A stretch of DNA of 35,565 bases, counting the filler, from Candidatus Eiseniibacteriota bacterium (lineage in GTDB: Bacteria > Orphanbacterota > Orphanbacteria > Orphanbacterales > Orphanbacteraceae): assembly GCA_043809585.1 (NCBI GenBank). It is 2 parts of 2 records of this genome, joined end to end, with 100 filler letters (N's around TTAATTAATTAA, not from the genome) between each part and the next. Parts side by side here need not be neighbours in the genome. Positions count along the whole stretch, not along the records: positions 16,174 to 35,565 come from JBDROZ010000122.1; 1 more part is not named here. One strand, 5' to 3'. The position numbers and the translations under genes were made by a program. A model generated the notes under the pieces. That model did not search any database. It had not been told where the DNA came from and saw nothing but the letters and a program-made list of their open reading frames with translations. This document shows positions 35,132 to 35,565 of this stretch, one piece after another. Numbering within the stretch: the first letter of the stretch is position 1; each line of letters begins with the position of its first letter.

Positions 35132-35440
35132 ATGCCCAAGAAGAAGCGCCCGGTCAGGGCTACCACGGCCGCCCAGCGGAAGAGGATCATGGCCGATGCG
35201 AAGAAGAACGGGATGACGGCGGATCAGGTGGCGAAGAAGTACGGGATCAGCAAGTGGACTTATTACGGGTGGACGAAGAGGGCGGGGGGAACAACCACAC
35301 GGAAGAAGTCGGGGACTCGCACCAAGACCACCACCATCGACCCCAAAACGATCCGGGCCGAGATCCGTGCGGTGCTGCCGGGCATCCTGCGGGAAGAGTT
35401 GGCTCGCGCCCTCGGCGTCATGACGAAACGGAGTCGGTAG
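35132..35440 (+). CDS. Small basic HTH protein (transposase OrfA-like HTH)
   Basis: MTADQVAKKYGISKWTYYGW HTH, K/R/T-rich linker, amphipathic C-terminal helix; strong RBS. Confidence 0.75.
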   Translation: MPKKKRPVRATTAAQRKRIMADAKKNGMTADQVAKKYGISKWTYYGWTKRAGGTTTRKKSGTRTKTTTIDPKTIRAEIRAVLPGILREELARALGVMTKRSR

Positions 35441-35565
35441 ACTTCCACTGTATCCCCGTCGCGCTGACGGTCCCCGGCCCGTCGGCTCTGTCCCGGCTCG
35501 GCACTAGCTTCCAGGCTCGGAAATCCGCGTGGCACCCCACGAACAGCCCTTCTCTTCCTGGCGGT

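Noticed and set aside
1-35565. tRNA, rRNA or known riboswitch
   Set aside because: No cloverleaf with T-loop/CCA and no recognisable rRNA or riboswitch consensus seen by eye; a covariance search was not possible.

Overview
High-GC bacterial DNA made of two contigs joined by an artificial N44-TTAATTAATTAA-N44 linker (16074-16173), so adjacency across it is unproven. The secreted-protein C-termini suggest a candidate-phylum FCB-type organism such as Eisenbacteria, Krumholzibacteriota or Latescibacterota; this is a recollection-based inference. The left contig carries a partial SDR, a single-domain response regulator, a MacA-like adaptor with two MacB-like permeases but no ATPase, a SLOG-like/4TM gene bracketed by near-identical hairpin direct repeats, a 29-aa ORF, a Cys-rich secreted protein, a 45-bp tandem array, two ~180-bp co-varying palindromes flanking a zinc-ribbon gene, glnA, pilT, a DUF4388/degenerate PilT fusion, and a transglutaminase-like protein lacking its catalytic residues. 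The right contig carries an IS630 inserted in a third copy of the hairpin repeat, an acyl-CoA dehydratase activase pair, a PAP2 phosphatase, a minus-strand run (lipoprotein, MgtC, small acidic protein, SGNH, YaiI, methyltransferase, GH13, membrane protein, GNAT), a second complete IS630 joining two gene fragments, a lower-GC pair of beta-helix secreted proteins and a small basic HTH protein. The best candidates for undescribed biology are (1) the hairpin-flanked SLOG-TM cassette, (2) the ~180-bp structured element with its tandem array of left ends, (3) a shared C-terminal SW[GS]x[VL]KxxF[RHK] motif on three unrelated secreted proteins, and (4) the DUF4388-pseudoPilT protein.
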